Numbered from the stretch's first letter, positions 31,917-40,863 are shown. The stretch is 64,000 bases of DNA from an uncultured Acidobacteriota bacterium (GCA_963741955.1 CAVUKB010000006.1:320001-384000), one strand, 5' to 3'. Made by a program: numbers and translations. Notes: a model not told the origin generated them from the letters alone.

Positions 31917-32269
31917 AGAAAGGAGGTCATCCTACTTGCGTCCAAGACCCCCCGCCCGACCCCCCTGGTCAACTTTTCACTCTTCAGGGTGGTCAACTTT
32001 TCATTCTTCATTGACAATGCCGCCTACGTCCCCGCCGGAGAGCTTCCGCGGCTGCTCGACATGCCGGAGACGCTGCTCGGCATCGTGACGTTCGGCGATG
32101 ATGCGGTGCGGATCGATGGGGTGCCTCACGCACACGTCTCGATGCCCTTTCTCGCCGGCGAACCGCTGGTCGAGGTCTGGCGCAGCGGCGAGCCGATCCG
32201 CCAGGGCCGCGAGGGTCAAATCCGATTCGCCGCGAACGCGCACGTCGTCTTCGGCGTCGCGACCGCGAG

Positions 32270-32311
32270 CGCCAGCCGGTCCTTCGCTGGACGCCGGAAG
32301 AGAAGTGAGCG
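32270..32311 (+). repeat. Second, diverged copy of the gcvPB 3' end (RQPVLRWTPEEK*)
   Basis: 38/42 identical to 22712-22753 (RQPVLRWTPERK*). Confidence 0.9.
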
Positions 32312-32342
32312 ATCCGGGCAGGCTCTCCCTCTGCCCGGCATC
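32311..32342. terminator. GC-rich hairpin after the duplicated gcvPB end
   Basis: ccgggcag-gctctccct-ctgcccgg; no U-tract. Confidence 0.5.
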
Positions 32343-32479
32343 TGACCCACCAGGATGGAGTGAAACCGGAGAGTCCGAAGCGCATCAGCTCATTCAGCTC
32401 GAATCCAGTGTCTGGCCGCGCGTGCGTCCGGACGGCGATGGAAGGCGTAGCAGTCTCCTACGCCCCTCATCGGAGCGTA

Positions 32480-33307
32480 CTACTCGAGGTCCGGAAGGAC
32501 GACGGTGACGTGCTGCGTGACGTCACTCGTCACAGTCACCACCGCCCAATACGGAACGTCATCGGACGGTGGGATCACCTCAATTCCGGCGGTTGCCGGC
32601 AGCGTCTCGGCGGGAATGCCGGCGGTCAGGGAATGATTCGCCGTATACCATGGAAACGCCCAATCGATGTCGCTGCTACAGTTCGAACCATTCGCCCATA
32701 TCCACGGCAAGGTCAGGGCTCGAATCGTTCTTCCCGAGGCTGCGTCGAATAACCGCACCGTGAACTGCCGTGGATCGTCGCATGAGCGCTCGGTAAATCG
32801 GTAGATCCGAATCGATTGTCGGAACCCCGGGGCTATCGGGATCGGGGCGAACCAGGTTTCTCCTCGAATGAGATCGCTCTCCCGCACGACTGGAATCGAC
32901 GTTCCCCACGTAGTTGTCGCCCGCGAGGAGTCCTGCACACGGAGAGAGAACCAGACTTTTGTCGCGATGCCCCGCCTCACGTACAGCAGGCGTGCGGGCA
33001 GGGCGTACGACCAAGCTCTAGCATCTGGACGCATCTCCGTCGATGCACCAGGCGCCAGATACCGTGCGTTGCCGCAGGGAATCGACACGCATTCGATGGC
33101 TTCCCCGGACACGTCGAGATAGATCGACAATGGTCGGTCCAGCCCGTTCGTGACCCACAAGACGGAACTCCAGTTCGAGCCGAATCCTCCCGGGACGTCA
33201 TAATACACCGCGGGCACGAGGACAACCTCCGTGTCCGATTCGACTGCATAGATCCCCCTCCACATGAAAGCAACAATGAGCGATATGAGGATTGTACGAG
33301 CGGCCAT
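32480..33307 (-). CDS. Secreted partner protein (unit 2), hypothetical
   Basis: GGAG RBS, ATG 33307, signal peptide; shares VLVP, GxxGSxW, WGxxIPVVxES, IR(I/V)YxF and WAxVxVTxxVTQxxTVxxPD with the unit 1 partner. Confidence 0.85.
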   Translation of the reverse strand: MAARTILISLIVAFMWRGIYAVESDTEVVLVPAVYYDVPGGFGSNWSSVLWVTNGLDRPLSIYLDVSGEAIECVSIPCGNARYLAPGASTEMRPDARAWSYALPARLLYVRRGIATKVWFSLRVQDSSRATTTWGTSIPVVRESDLIRGETWFAPIPIAPGFRQSIRIYRFTERSCDDPRQFTVRLFDAASGRTIRALTLPWIWANGSNCSSDIDWAFPWYTANHSLTAGIPAETLPATAGIEVIPPSDDVPYWAVVTVTSDVTQHVTVVLPDLE

Positions 33308-33320
33308 GACAAACTCCACC

Positions 33321-34808
33321 CTAATTACAAGGGCGCGTTCGTGCCAATTTGATCGCGCCCGCATGCAACGGGTCTTGGGTATTGGCGAGGATTTGTGAAT
33401 ATGTCTGCAATTCGTTCCACACGTCGCCGGGACTCAGGTTCGTGTCGTGCGCAAGTAGCTGAGCAACGAGCCCGCTTACGATGGCCGCGGAGAAAGAGGT
33501 CCCGCTCATCGTATCCTCGATGTCACGGAATGTGCTCGAACCCACGAGATTGGCTGATCGGATATTGTGACCTGGAGCATAGATGTCGACGCACTGTCCG
33601 TAGTTAGAACCGGGATCGTTCAGTGAGCAACTCTCAGGGTGGTTCGGATCGGGCGGATGCTGGCAATCCCATCGGATGTCCGAATTCCGAACTGCACCAA
33701 CGGATATGGCGTGCGAAGAATATGCCGGGTTGCCCCAAGCCATTCTCGAAGGCGAGTAGCCACAAGCGCTCTGATTCTTGTTATTCGCCGATGTGACAAC
33801 CGTAATTCCATTCCATGGTCCGCAGACAGGCCGTCCGCAGCTTCCGCCCTGGGTGACGCCCGTGACCACGTATTCGAACGCACTAATCAATGGATCATTA
33901 GTGGGAACCCAAAAGCTAATATTCACGACGGCGTCTTCGCCATTCTGCCGATAAGGGTTATTCGGACTGACGATCCAATCTAGTCCCCAGCACACCCACT
34001 CGGTTGTGATAATGACATTTACCAGGTCTGAACCGCTTTGGCGAGGACAGGTCCCGATCTTGACTGGAACGATGCTTGACTCCGGAGAGACGCCAACGGT
34101 GTTGCCGGCGATCAAGGAGGCGATCGACGTCCCGTGGCCGCCGTTGTTGGCCTGCAAGAACTTTAGACCAGCGGTTTCAGAATCAGTCCAGTCTCCACAC
34201 GGGTTCGTCCCAACGTCGCCCAAGCTTGGATTGTCTGGATCAGGATACCAATCCAAGGCATCGGTAAACGCGACTCCAGGCAGAACCTTTGACGATCCGT
34301 CCGGGCGCTGGAATTCGTTGTGATGCTTCGACACGCCCGTATCGACGACGTAGACGTAGACCCCGGCGCCCTTGTTACAGAACGTGTACTTACCGTCGAG
34401 CCCGATGGGATCAATCCGGTCCAGATGCCACTCGTCGGTGTTCACGAAGTCCGACGGTTCGACATAGCCGTTCTCCTCCACCACGACCACTTGCGGATTG
34501 CGCGAAAGCGCGCGCGCCTGCTGTTCAGTCATGTCCACGGAAAAGCCATTTGCGGCGCTTACCATCGTGCGTCGGACGTGCCCCTCATGCTGCGCCGCCA
34601 GTTGCTGCGCGACGGCCTCCACCGACCACGCAGGAATGGACCGATCTAGGATGACGATGTACTGGCCCTTGATCGGGTGTACCGCCCGTTTGAAGTGTTC
34701 TTCCGTTCCGTCCGCCCGTGCCGTACCGACGACGAGAAGGAGCAGTGGCAATACGGCGGCAATCTTACTCCATATGCACAGGTTTCGTCCCGAAAGAATG
34801 TACGTCAT
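33321..34808 (-). CDS. Secreted S8 subtilisin/proteinase K-like serine protease (unit 2)
   Basis: Signal peptide, I9-like propeptide, WHLDRID, VVDTG, HGTSIAS, SANN, SGTSFSA; appears AT-richer than the flanks. Confidence 0.93.
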   Translation of the reverse strand: MTYILSGRNLCIWSKIAAVLPLLLLVVGTARADGTEEHFKRAVHPIKGQYIVILDRSIPAWSVEAVAQQLAAQHEGHVRRTMVSAANGFSVDMTEQQARALSRNPQVVVVEENGYVEPSDFVNTDEWHLDRIDPIGLDGKYTFCNKGAGVYVYVVDTGVSKHHNEFQRPDGSSKVLPGVAFTDALDWYPDPDNPSLGDVGTNPCGDWTDSETAGLKFLQANNGGHGTSIASLIAGNTVGVSPESSIVPVKIGTCPRQSGSDLVNVIITTEWVCWGLDWIVSPNNPYRQNGEDAVVNISFWVPTNDPLISAFEYVVTGVTQGGSCGRPVCGPWNGITVVTSANNKNQSACGYSPSRMAWGNPAYSSHAISVGAVRNSDIRWDCQHPPDPNHPESCSLNDPGSNYGQCVDIYAPGHNIRSANLVGSSTFRDIEDTMSGTSFSAAIVSGLVAQLLAHDTNLSPGDVWNELQTYSQILANTQDPLHAGAIKLARTRPCN

Positions 34809-35016
34809 GATCAAAATCTCCCTTGCTTTTGTAGCGATGCGTTTCCGTGCGACCGGATCTGGTGAGCGTGACGAGACCGGTCCACATCGAAGTCGGAGCC
34901 AACCGCTCGCGGCCCTTCAGATTGACCAGACTCCTTGAAAGCTGAGCGCACGGTGCCGGGGCCGATCGGCCCGGATTAGCTTCGTCTTGTGACCTTCAAA
35001 TGTAGCGCGGGATATT

Positions 35017-35448
35017 TCATTCGGCTAGATGACATTTTGTGCGCTTCGCACACTGCGAAAGCCGACGACCTTTCGATGTCGCTCTGAGGGGGCGCGCGGC
35101 CGACGCGCTGGCAAGGCACCGATAGCAGGTTGGCGACTGACCCGAACCGGAAAGAAAGGCACGGAAGAACGTACGAATGCGCTCGTATCCACACGACCTA
35201 GCGATGCTGGCCGTCGGCGTCGTGGACCAACGAAGCATGCGGCGAGCACGCACGAACTGGCGGCGCTCGAGGTATGCCGATACGGTGAGCCCATGCCGTC
35301 GCTTGAAGACGCAATTCAGCGTGAATCGCGAGAGCGCCGTTCTCGCGGCAACCTCGTCGACTCGGGGGGCACGCTCCTCCCGAAAGCACTCACGAAGATA
35401 GCGGTCGATAGTTCGCCTCAGAGTCTCTCGGGGACACGTGTTGTCCAT
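35017..35448 (-). CDS. Stand-alone AraC-type HTH regulator (unit 2)
   Basis: Near-identical to 28753-29184. Confidence 0.85.
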   Translation of the reverse strand: MDNTCPRETLRRTIDRYLRECFREERAPRVDEVAARTALSRFTLNCVFKRRHGLTVSAYLERRQFVRARRMLRWSTTPTASIARSCGYERIRTFFRAFLSGSGQSPTCYRCLASASAARPLRATSKGRRLSQCAKRTKCHLAE

Positions 35449-35905
35449 ACCATGGAGTGCTCGGGGAGGAGCAAATCGGTACCCTGGAACGCGTTACGGT
35501 TCGGTGACGATCCAGTGCGGCGCTCTGTTCGAGTTGACCGAAGATGTCAAGGAAGCTGAAACGTACCTCCCGCGTCGTCCGCCGTTCTCGTCCCCGACCT
35601 CGACCTTCTGGGCTCCCGCACGATCAGCTATACTCCCCCGGGGATCAGCGCCGGGCCGAGCGCCGCAGCGATTTGACTGGGTCCGCCGGCGTGGGTTGAA
35701 GGGACGGACCACCGGATCGACTGCATCATAGACGGCGAGCGCTCGTTCAGCCGTTCATCGTCATGAAATCGACCACCTCGGCACCTGGCGGGCGGCGTGC
35801 TGCGTCTGAGCACGTCGCGGTATTCTTGCTCGAGCCCTGTCGAACATCGAGGTCGCATCTCGCCAGCAGGTCACGAATGCAGGTTCGCGTCAAAGAGGAC
35901 CGGAA

Positions 35906-36925
35906 ATGAGCGCCGCGACGCGTGAGGGGCTGCCGCACGGGGCCGCAACCGCTCTCGCGATCGATGCCGCCTACGTCCCCGCCGGAGAGCTTCCGCGGCT
36001 GCTCGACATGCCGGAGACGCTGCTCGGCATCGTGACGTTCGGCGATGATGCGGTGCGGATCGATGGGGTGCCCCACGCACACGTCTCGATGCCCTTTCTC
36101 GCCGGCGAGCCGCTGGTCGAGGTCTGGCGCAGCGGCGAACCGGTCCGCCAGGGCCGCGAAGGTCAAATCCGATTCGCCGCGAACGCGCACGTCGTCTTCG
36201 GCGTCGCGACCGCGAGCGCCGAGCCCTCTCGTCTGACGGCGTCGGCCGAAAAGCTCTACCGCGACATCCTCCGGTTCACGGAAAAGAAGGGCTATCCCCA
36301 CTTCCTCCGAATGTGGAACCACTTTCCCCGGATCAACTCCACTGACGTGCCGGAAGGAAATTACCAGGCTTTCTGCGTCGGACGCCACGACGGGTTCGCC
36401 TCCGCGCATCACGATTTCGAGCGCGAGCTCCCCGCTGCCAGCGGAGTCGGAACGTCGGCCGGCGACCTCGTGATCTATTTCATCGCGTCGACGACGCCGG
36501 GGATCCATCTGGAGAATCCCCGCCAGGTGAGCGCGTACCACTATCCGCGGCAGTACGGGCCCAGGAGCCCGTCTTTCGCGCGCGCGACGAAGAAAAGATG
36601 GCACCACGAAACGCAGCTTTTCGTTTCAGGAACTGCGAGCGTCGTCGGGCACGAAAGCCTTCACCCGGGCGACGTCCGGATGCAGACGCTCGAGACCCTG
36701 GAGAACATCCGGATGGTCTTCGCCGCGGCGACGAACGAGCGGATCGAGCGATGGCCGGCCGGCGCGCTGGTGAAGAGCTACCTCCGCCGTCCCGAAGAGC
36801 TGGCCCTCGTGCGGGAAATCGTCGTCTCGGAGTTCCCTCCGGACACACGGCACATCTTCCTCCATGGCGAGATCTGCCGGCCGGAGCTGCTGGTGGAGAT
36901 CGAAGCGATTCTCCGCTGGAAGTGA
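35906..36925 (+). CDS. FkbO/Hyg5 (XanB2-like) chorismatase, YjgF fold
   Basis: LRMWN, YQAFCVGR, ENPRQVSAYHYPRQYGPRSPSFARA, VSGTASVVGH, ICRPELLVEIE. Confidence 0.9.
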   Translation: MSAATREGLPHGAATALAIDAAYVPAGELPRLLDMPETLLGIVTFGDDAVRIDGVPHAHVSMPFLAGEPLVEVWRSGEPVRQGREGQIRFAANAHVVFGVATASAEPSRLTASAEKLYRDILRFTEKKGYPHFLRMWNHFPRINSTDVPEGNYQAFCVGRHDGFASAHHDFERELPAASGVGTSAGDLVIYFIASTTPGIHLENPRQVSAYHYPRQYGPRSPSFARATKKRWHHETQLFVSGTASVVGHESLHPGDVRMQTLETLENIRMVFAAATNERIERWPAGALVKSYLRRPEELALVREIVVSEFPPDTRHIFLHGEICRPELLVEIEAILRWK

Positions 36926-37034
36926 CCGGGAGAGCGTGTCGCTCACCGCGCGATTCGTCGCTGTCACCAGGAGCCGGCACGGCTTCCGCCGTGCCGCCGC
37001 GGCAGAAGCCGCGGCGCCCCACGGTCTCCGCTCC

Positions 37035-37643
37035 TCATCTCCTCGCGATGCGTCGTCCTTCCGCCTCGCCTTCTTTCAATGCCACCACCACGTAACGCAA
37101 CGGTCCTCCGGGAACGAGCGCGTCGAACGGATAGCAGGTGATCAGAGTGATGCGCGACGGGCCGGACTGCCGAAGCAGCTCGATGTGGCTCTTGTTCACC
37201 ACGCGCGTCTCGATGACGTGATAGGTACCGATCACACCATCGCTGGACTGAAGCTCGAGCCGGTCACCGGTCGCGAGATCTTTCAGCATCCGGAATTGTG
37301 TGTCGCGGTGCCCGCTGATCACGCAGTTGCCGCTCTCCCCGGGCATTGCGGTCCCGTCGATGTGTCCCGGCCCGAATGCCATGGTGCGGCCGCTCGCACC
37401 GGAGAGGACGATGAAGTTCACGTTCCGGCCGGGGATGCGCAGCCGGGCAATGGGCCAGGTGTCGGCCCACGGCCACGGCCGCGCGTCCCGCACTCCGCGC
37501 AGCGACTGCTGCCACGAACGTTCGAGCAGGACCTGCGCGAACCGCGCCTTGACGAAGATCCATCCGCCGCGGCCCGCCAGTGCGAACCCGATGAGAGCGA
37601 TGACGATGACCACGATGGATCCGGATGTGATTCTTCGTCTCAT
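37035..37643 (-). CDS. Class GN sortase (TIGR03784-like)
   Basis: PWPWADTWPIARL, GRTMAFGPGH, GHRDTQF, catalytic TLITCYPF and R in LRYVV. Confidence 0.93.
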   Translation of the reverse strand: MRRRITSGSIVVIVIALIGFALAGRGGWIFVKARFAQVLLERSWQQSLRGVRDARPWPWADTWPIARLRIPGRNVNFIVLSGASGRTMAFGPGHIDGTAMPGESGNCVISGHRDTQFRMLKDLATGDRLELQSSDGVIGTYHVIETRVVNKSHIELLRQSGPSRITLITCYPFDALVPGGPLRYVVVALKEGEAEGRRIARR

Positions 37644-37677
37644 GACGTTCCTCCTTTCCCCGGCGCGGCCGGAATCT

Positions 37678-39819
37678 CTACGACTCTTTTCCTTTCCGCT
37701 TTTCGAAGCGTTCTTCTTCGTTGCGCAACGCGACGTGGAGTCCTCCGGCGATGGAAAGGACGATGAACCCGAGAATCAGGAGCAGCGGCGCCGGAGTCGC
37801 GGTCTGCGGGAGTGAGCCGAAGATCTTCTCGTACTCCTGTCCTGCGGGAAGGTTCACCGGGACCGGGCGACTGACGCACGCCTCCGGGTGGAAGACGGTC
37901 GGGGTCACGTCTACGGCGACGAGACTGGTGAACTTCGAGACCAGGTGGTGCTGGAGGGCGATCTGCACCACTTCCGGCCGGATCACGTCCTCGCTGACGC
38001 TCCCGCCGACGCGGTCCATCAATGAATCGATCTTCCGTTGCGCCCACAGGGTATCGAGTCCACTGCCGCCCGACCCCCCCTTCAGGGTGAAGATCCGGGA
38101 CCACGGACGATCGCCGATCGATCCTTCGATCGAGACCTGACCGCCGGAGCCATTCAGCTTCGCTACGACCAGCAGCGGCTCACCCGCGTAGAGGTCGGGC
38201 ATGCGATCCGGCCAGACTTCCGCATTGGGATCGTCGAACTGCACCCGCACGTCGCTGAGCACCGGACTCTCGAGTTTCTGAAAGAGCTCGGTCATCTTCG
38301 AGCCGACTTCCTGAGGGCTTCCGATGTAGGTGAAGGTTCCGCGTCCGAACTTCGCTGCGTTCGACATGAACCAGGAATTCGGCGCCGCGCCGATGCCGAT
38401 GGTGAAGAGACGGGAACGTCCGAGATGCCCTTTGATGTAGTCGAAGAGCTCGGACTCGTTACCGACCTGGCCGTCGGTCATGAAGATCACCTGGCGTATG
38501 CCGTCGCTCGGGTCATCATCGTGGAGCGCCATTTCGATGGCGTCCTTCATCTCGGTGCCGCCATTCGCCTGGAGCGACGAGACCCACCGCTTCGCCTGGT
38601 CGACGTTGCGGAGGTCGGCAGCGCGGCTCTCTTCGAAGAGAGCGCGTGCGGTCGAGTTGAACTCGATCACGTTGAACGTGTCCTGCGGTCCGAGCCGGTC
38701 CAGCGCCATCAGAAGCGCGGCGCGCGCCTGCTCGATCGAGGTACCGGACATCGAACCGGAAGTGTCGATCACGAAGACGGTCTCCTTCGGGAGCCGGATC
38801 GCCGGCACGTCCTGAAGTGGCGGCACCAGCATCAGAAGGACGAAATGCTCGCTGGAGCCGCCACTCCTCGCCGCAGTGAGTTGGGAGAAGACTGCCGCTC
38901 TCGGCTCGCTCCCGGGACGCGGCTTCCAGGTCAGTTCGAAATCGTGGTCGGAGACCATCGACGCATCGGCGAGGGTGACGAGATACCTGCCGGCGCCGGT
39001 CATCACCCACTGGACCTTCTGGTACGGACTGTCGATCGAGTCGACCGGAAGACCGGCGTCGAGATCGACCGAAAGCTCGATCGGATTGACCTTTTCTCCT
39101 CCCGGAGGAACGACGGGAGGGGTGATCCTCGATGCATCGGGCACCTGCCCGGTGTTCGCTCCCCATCCGGTTCCCTCCGGACCTCTGGTCGAAGGAGTCC
39201 CGGGGATGTAGCGCGGTGCGACGACGGTCGGGAAGCGGAGGTGGAAGGTCCCCTGATCGTACGTCACGATCTGCTGGTACTCGAGCACCACCTCCACTTC
39301 GTCGTCCGGCATCATGTTCGCGATCGAGGTCGTGAAGATGTTCGGACGCTCCTGTTCGACGAGCGACGCCTTCCTCCCCTCCTGTTTCGCCTGTTCGTAG
39401 ATCTGCTTCGCTTCTGCGCGCTCGTGGATCTGACCTTCGATGGTCCGGTCCCCCACGATCATCCGGAGGTGATCGACCGCAGCGTCTTCCGGGAGCGGGA
39501 AGACATAGACGCCCTCGACGCACTGGTCGACCGGATTGCGGAACTTCTGAGTCACCGTGGCGCGGAGGATCATCCCCTCGACGGTGATGTGAACGGTGGT
39601 CTGCTGTGTCGGCGCGGGAAGGTAGAGACCCGGATGTGCGGTCCGGAGAAGCAGCATTCCATGGGTCACCTGATCCATGGTGATCGGGGCTCCGCTGGAA
39701 GTCTCCTCCCTGGTGACGCCCGTCGAATTTGCGTTCTCCCCCTGGGCGAGCACCGGCACGGCGGCGAGTGCGCCGAGGAGGATCATGGTGAGCAGTGCGG
39801 GATGCAACCGGCTTCGCAT
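37678..39819 (-). CDS. VIT+VWA sortase target protein (TIGR03788-like)
   Basis: Signal peptide, VIT (EGVYVFPLP, QERPNIF), VWA MIDAS DTSGSMSG, C-terminal LPQTA plus TM helix plus basic tail. Confidence 0.92.
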   Translation of the reverse strand: MRSRLHPALLTMILLGALAAVPVLAQGENANSTGVTREETSSGAPITMDQVTHGMLLLRTAHPGLYLPAPTQQTTVHITVEGMILRATVTQKFRNPVDQCVEGVYVFPLPEDAAVDHLRMIVGDRTIEGQIHERAEAKQIYEQAKQEGRKASLVEQERPNIFTTSIANMMPDDEVEVVLEYQQIVTYDQGTFHLRFPTVVAPRYIPGTPSTRGPEGTGWGANTGQVPDASRITPPVVPPGGEKVNPIELSVDLDAGLPVDSIDSPYQKVQWVMTGAGRYLVTLADASMVSDHDFELTWKPRPGSEPRAAVFSQLTAARSGGSSEHFVLLMLVPPLQDVPAIRLPKETVFVIDTSGSMSGTSIEQARAALLMALDRLGPQDTFNVIEFNSTARALFEESRAADLRNVDQAKRWVSSLQANGGTEMKDAIEMALHDDDPSDGIRQVIFMTDGQVGNESELFDYIKGHLGRSRLFTIGIGAAPNSWFMSNAAKFGRGTFTYIGSPQEVGSKMTELFQKLESPVLSDVRVQFDDPNAEVWPDRMPDLYAGEPLLVVAKLNGSGGQVSIEGSIGDRPWSRIFTLKGGSGGSGLDTLWAQRKIDSLMDRVGGSVSEDVIRPEVVQIALQHHLVSKFTSLVAVDVTPTVFHPEACVSRPVPVNLPAGQEYEKIFGSLPQTATPAPLLLILGFIVLSIAGGLHVALRNEEERFEKRKGKES

Positions 39820-39971
39820 GGTCGTTTCTCCTTTCACTCTCCCATTGGAAGTCCGCGTCAAGGCAGGCGAAGGGCAGCGGTGTGGAAAAGCGAAGGAAAG
39901 AAAGTGGCGGGATTGTGGCGGAGGGAACGGCACGAGCGCTGCCTTCGACACGACCCTGCCACCCCACAACT

Positions 39972-40606
39972 GGGGTGCAGATCCTCTGATCTGCCGCCAC
40001 AATCGCGTTCGAGCGCAATGGGACCGAGTCGCTGGCAGAGGCGAAGCCGCTCTCGCTCGAATCGCTCGTTCGACCGACGCTCCGCGCTATGCCTCGATCT
40101 CCGTCTCCCTCGGCTTCGACAAGCTTCCCGCGGCGGATCGGAGGAACCGCACCCCTCAACCTGCAGGAGTCCCGAGGGGTGCAGATCCTCTGATCTGCCG
40201 CCACAATCGCGTTCGGGCGCAATGGGACCGAGTCGTCGGCAGAGGCGAAGCCGCTCTCGCTCGAATCGCTCGTTCGACCGACGCTCCGCGCAACGCCTCG
40301 ATCTCCGCTTTTCTCGCCTTCGACACGATCCTCGCGGCGGATCAGAGGATCCGCGCCCCTCAACCTGCAGGAGTCCCGAGGGGTGCAGATCCTCCGATCT
40401 GCCGCCACGATCAAGTTCGTGCCCAATGGGACCGAGCCGCTGGCAGAGGCGAAGCCGCTCTCGCGAAAATCGCTCGTTCGACCGGCGCTCCGCGCAACGC
40501 CTCGATCTCCGTCTCCCTCGGCTTCGACAAGCTTCCCGCGGCGGATCAGAGGATCCGCACCCCTCGGGGTCCACGATCAAGTTCGTGCCCAATGGGACCG
40601 AGCCGC
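39972..40606. repeat. 204-bp tandem repeat x3 plus a partial copy; each unit has ~28-bp terminal inverted repeats (REP/BIME- or MITE-like)
   Basis: Units start at 39972, 40176 and 40380; GAGGGGTGCAGATCCTCTGATCTGCCGC pairs with GCGGCGGATCAGAGGATCCGC(A/G)CCCCTC. Confidence 0.95.
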
Positions 40607-40665
40607 CGACAGCCATGCGGCTATTAGGCAGTGCTCGCCTGCGTTACCATGTACTCGAGGAGATC

Positions 40666-40863
40666 ATGGTGAAGACCACCCTCAATCTCGATGAACGGGC
40701 GTTGCGCGAAGCGAAGGAGCTCTCCGGAGCGCGCACGAAGACCGAAACGGTCAACGAGGCTCTTCGTAGATTCGTCCACGAGCTGCGCCAGAAGAAACTG
40801 CTCGCCCGTCGAGGCAAGCCCGAAGCGGAAGTGGACGAAGACGCACTCCGCACGCGCCGTTGA
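40666..40863 (+). CDS. VapB-family antitoxin (orphan)
   Basis: GAGGAG RBS; MVKTTLNLDERALREAKELSGARTKTETVNEALRRF matches the RHH VapB pattern. Confidence 0.8.
   Translation: MVKTTLNLDERALREAKELSGARTKTETVNEALRRFVHELRQKKLLARRGKPEAEVDEDALRTRR

Larger units (their letters stand above)
29705..32016 (+). mobile_element. IS21-family insertion sequence
   Basis: TG...CA ends with repeated AAAAGT(T)GACC / GGTCAACTTTT subterminal motifs; 5-bp TSD ATGCC confirmed against the uninterrupted copy at 35964-35968. Confidence 0.96.
29642..32273 (+). pseudogene. 5' fragment of FkbO/Hyg5-family gene, IS21-interrupted and truncated
   Basis: Matches 35906-36220 on both sides of IS21, then switches to the gcvPB-like sequence. 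Confidence 0.92.

Noticed and set aside
22712-32311. Integrase-driven island or prophage with attL/attR in gcvPB
   Set aside because: No recombinase or phage genes are present, the two ends differ at 4 of 42 positions, and the far-side hyg5 fragment is duplicated too, which site-specific integration does not explain.
28735-36220. Diversity-generating retroelement TR/VR pair
   Set aside because: No reverse transcriptase is present, the repeat is over 1 kb, and the differences are not confined to adenines.
39972-40606. CRISPR array
   Set aside because: The period is 204 bp with conserved interiors rather than unique spacers, and no cas genes are present.
38038-40665. 941-aa, 636-aa, 316-aa and 252-aa ORFs
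   Set aside because: They are antisense or alternate-frame shadows of the VIT-VWA gene and read-through of a repeat whose period is a multiple of 3; only the vapB end is credible.
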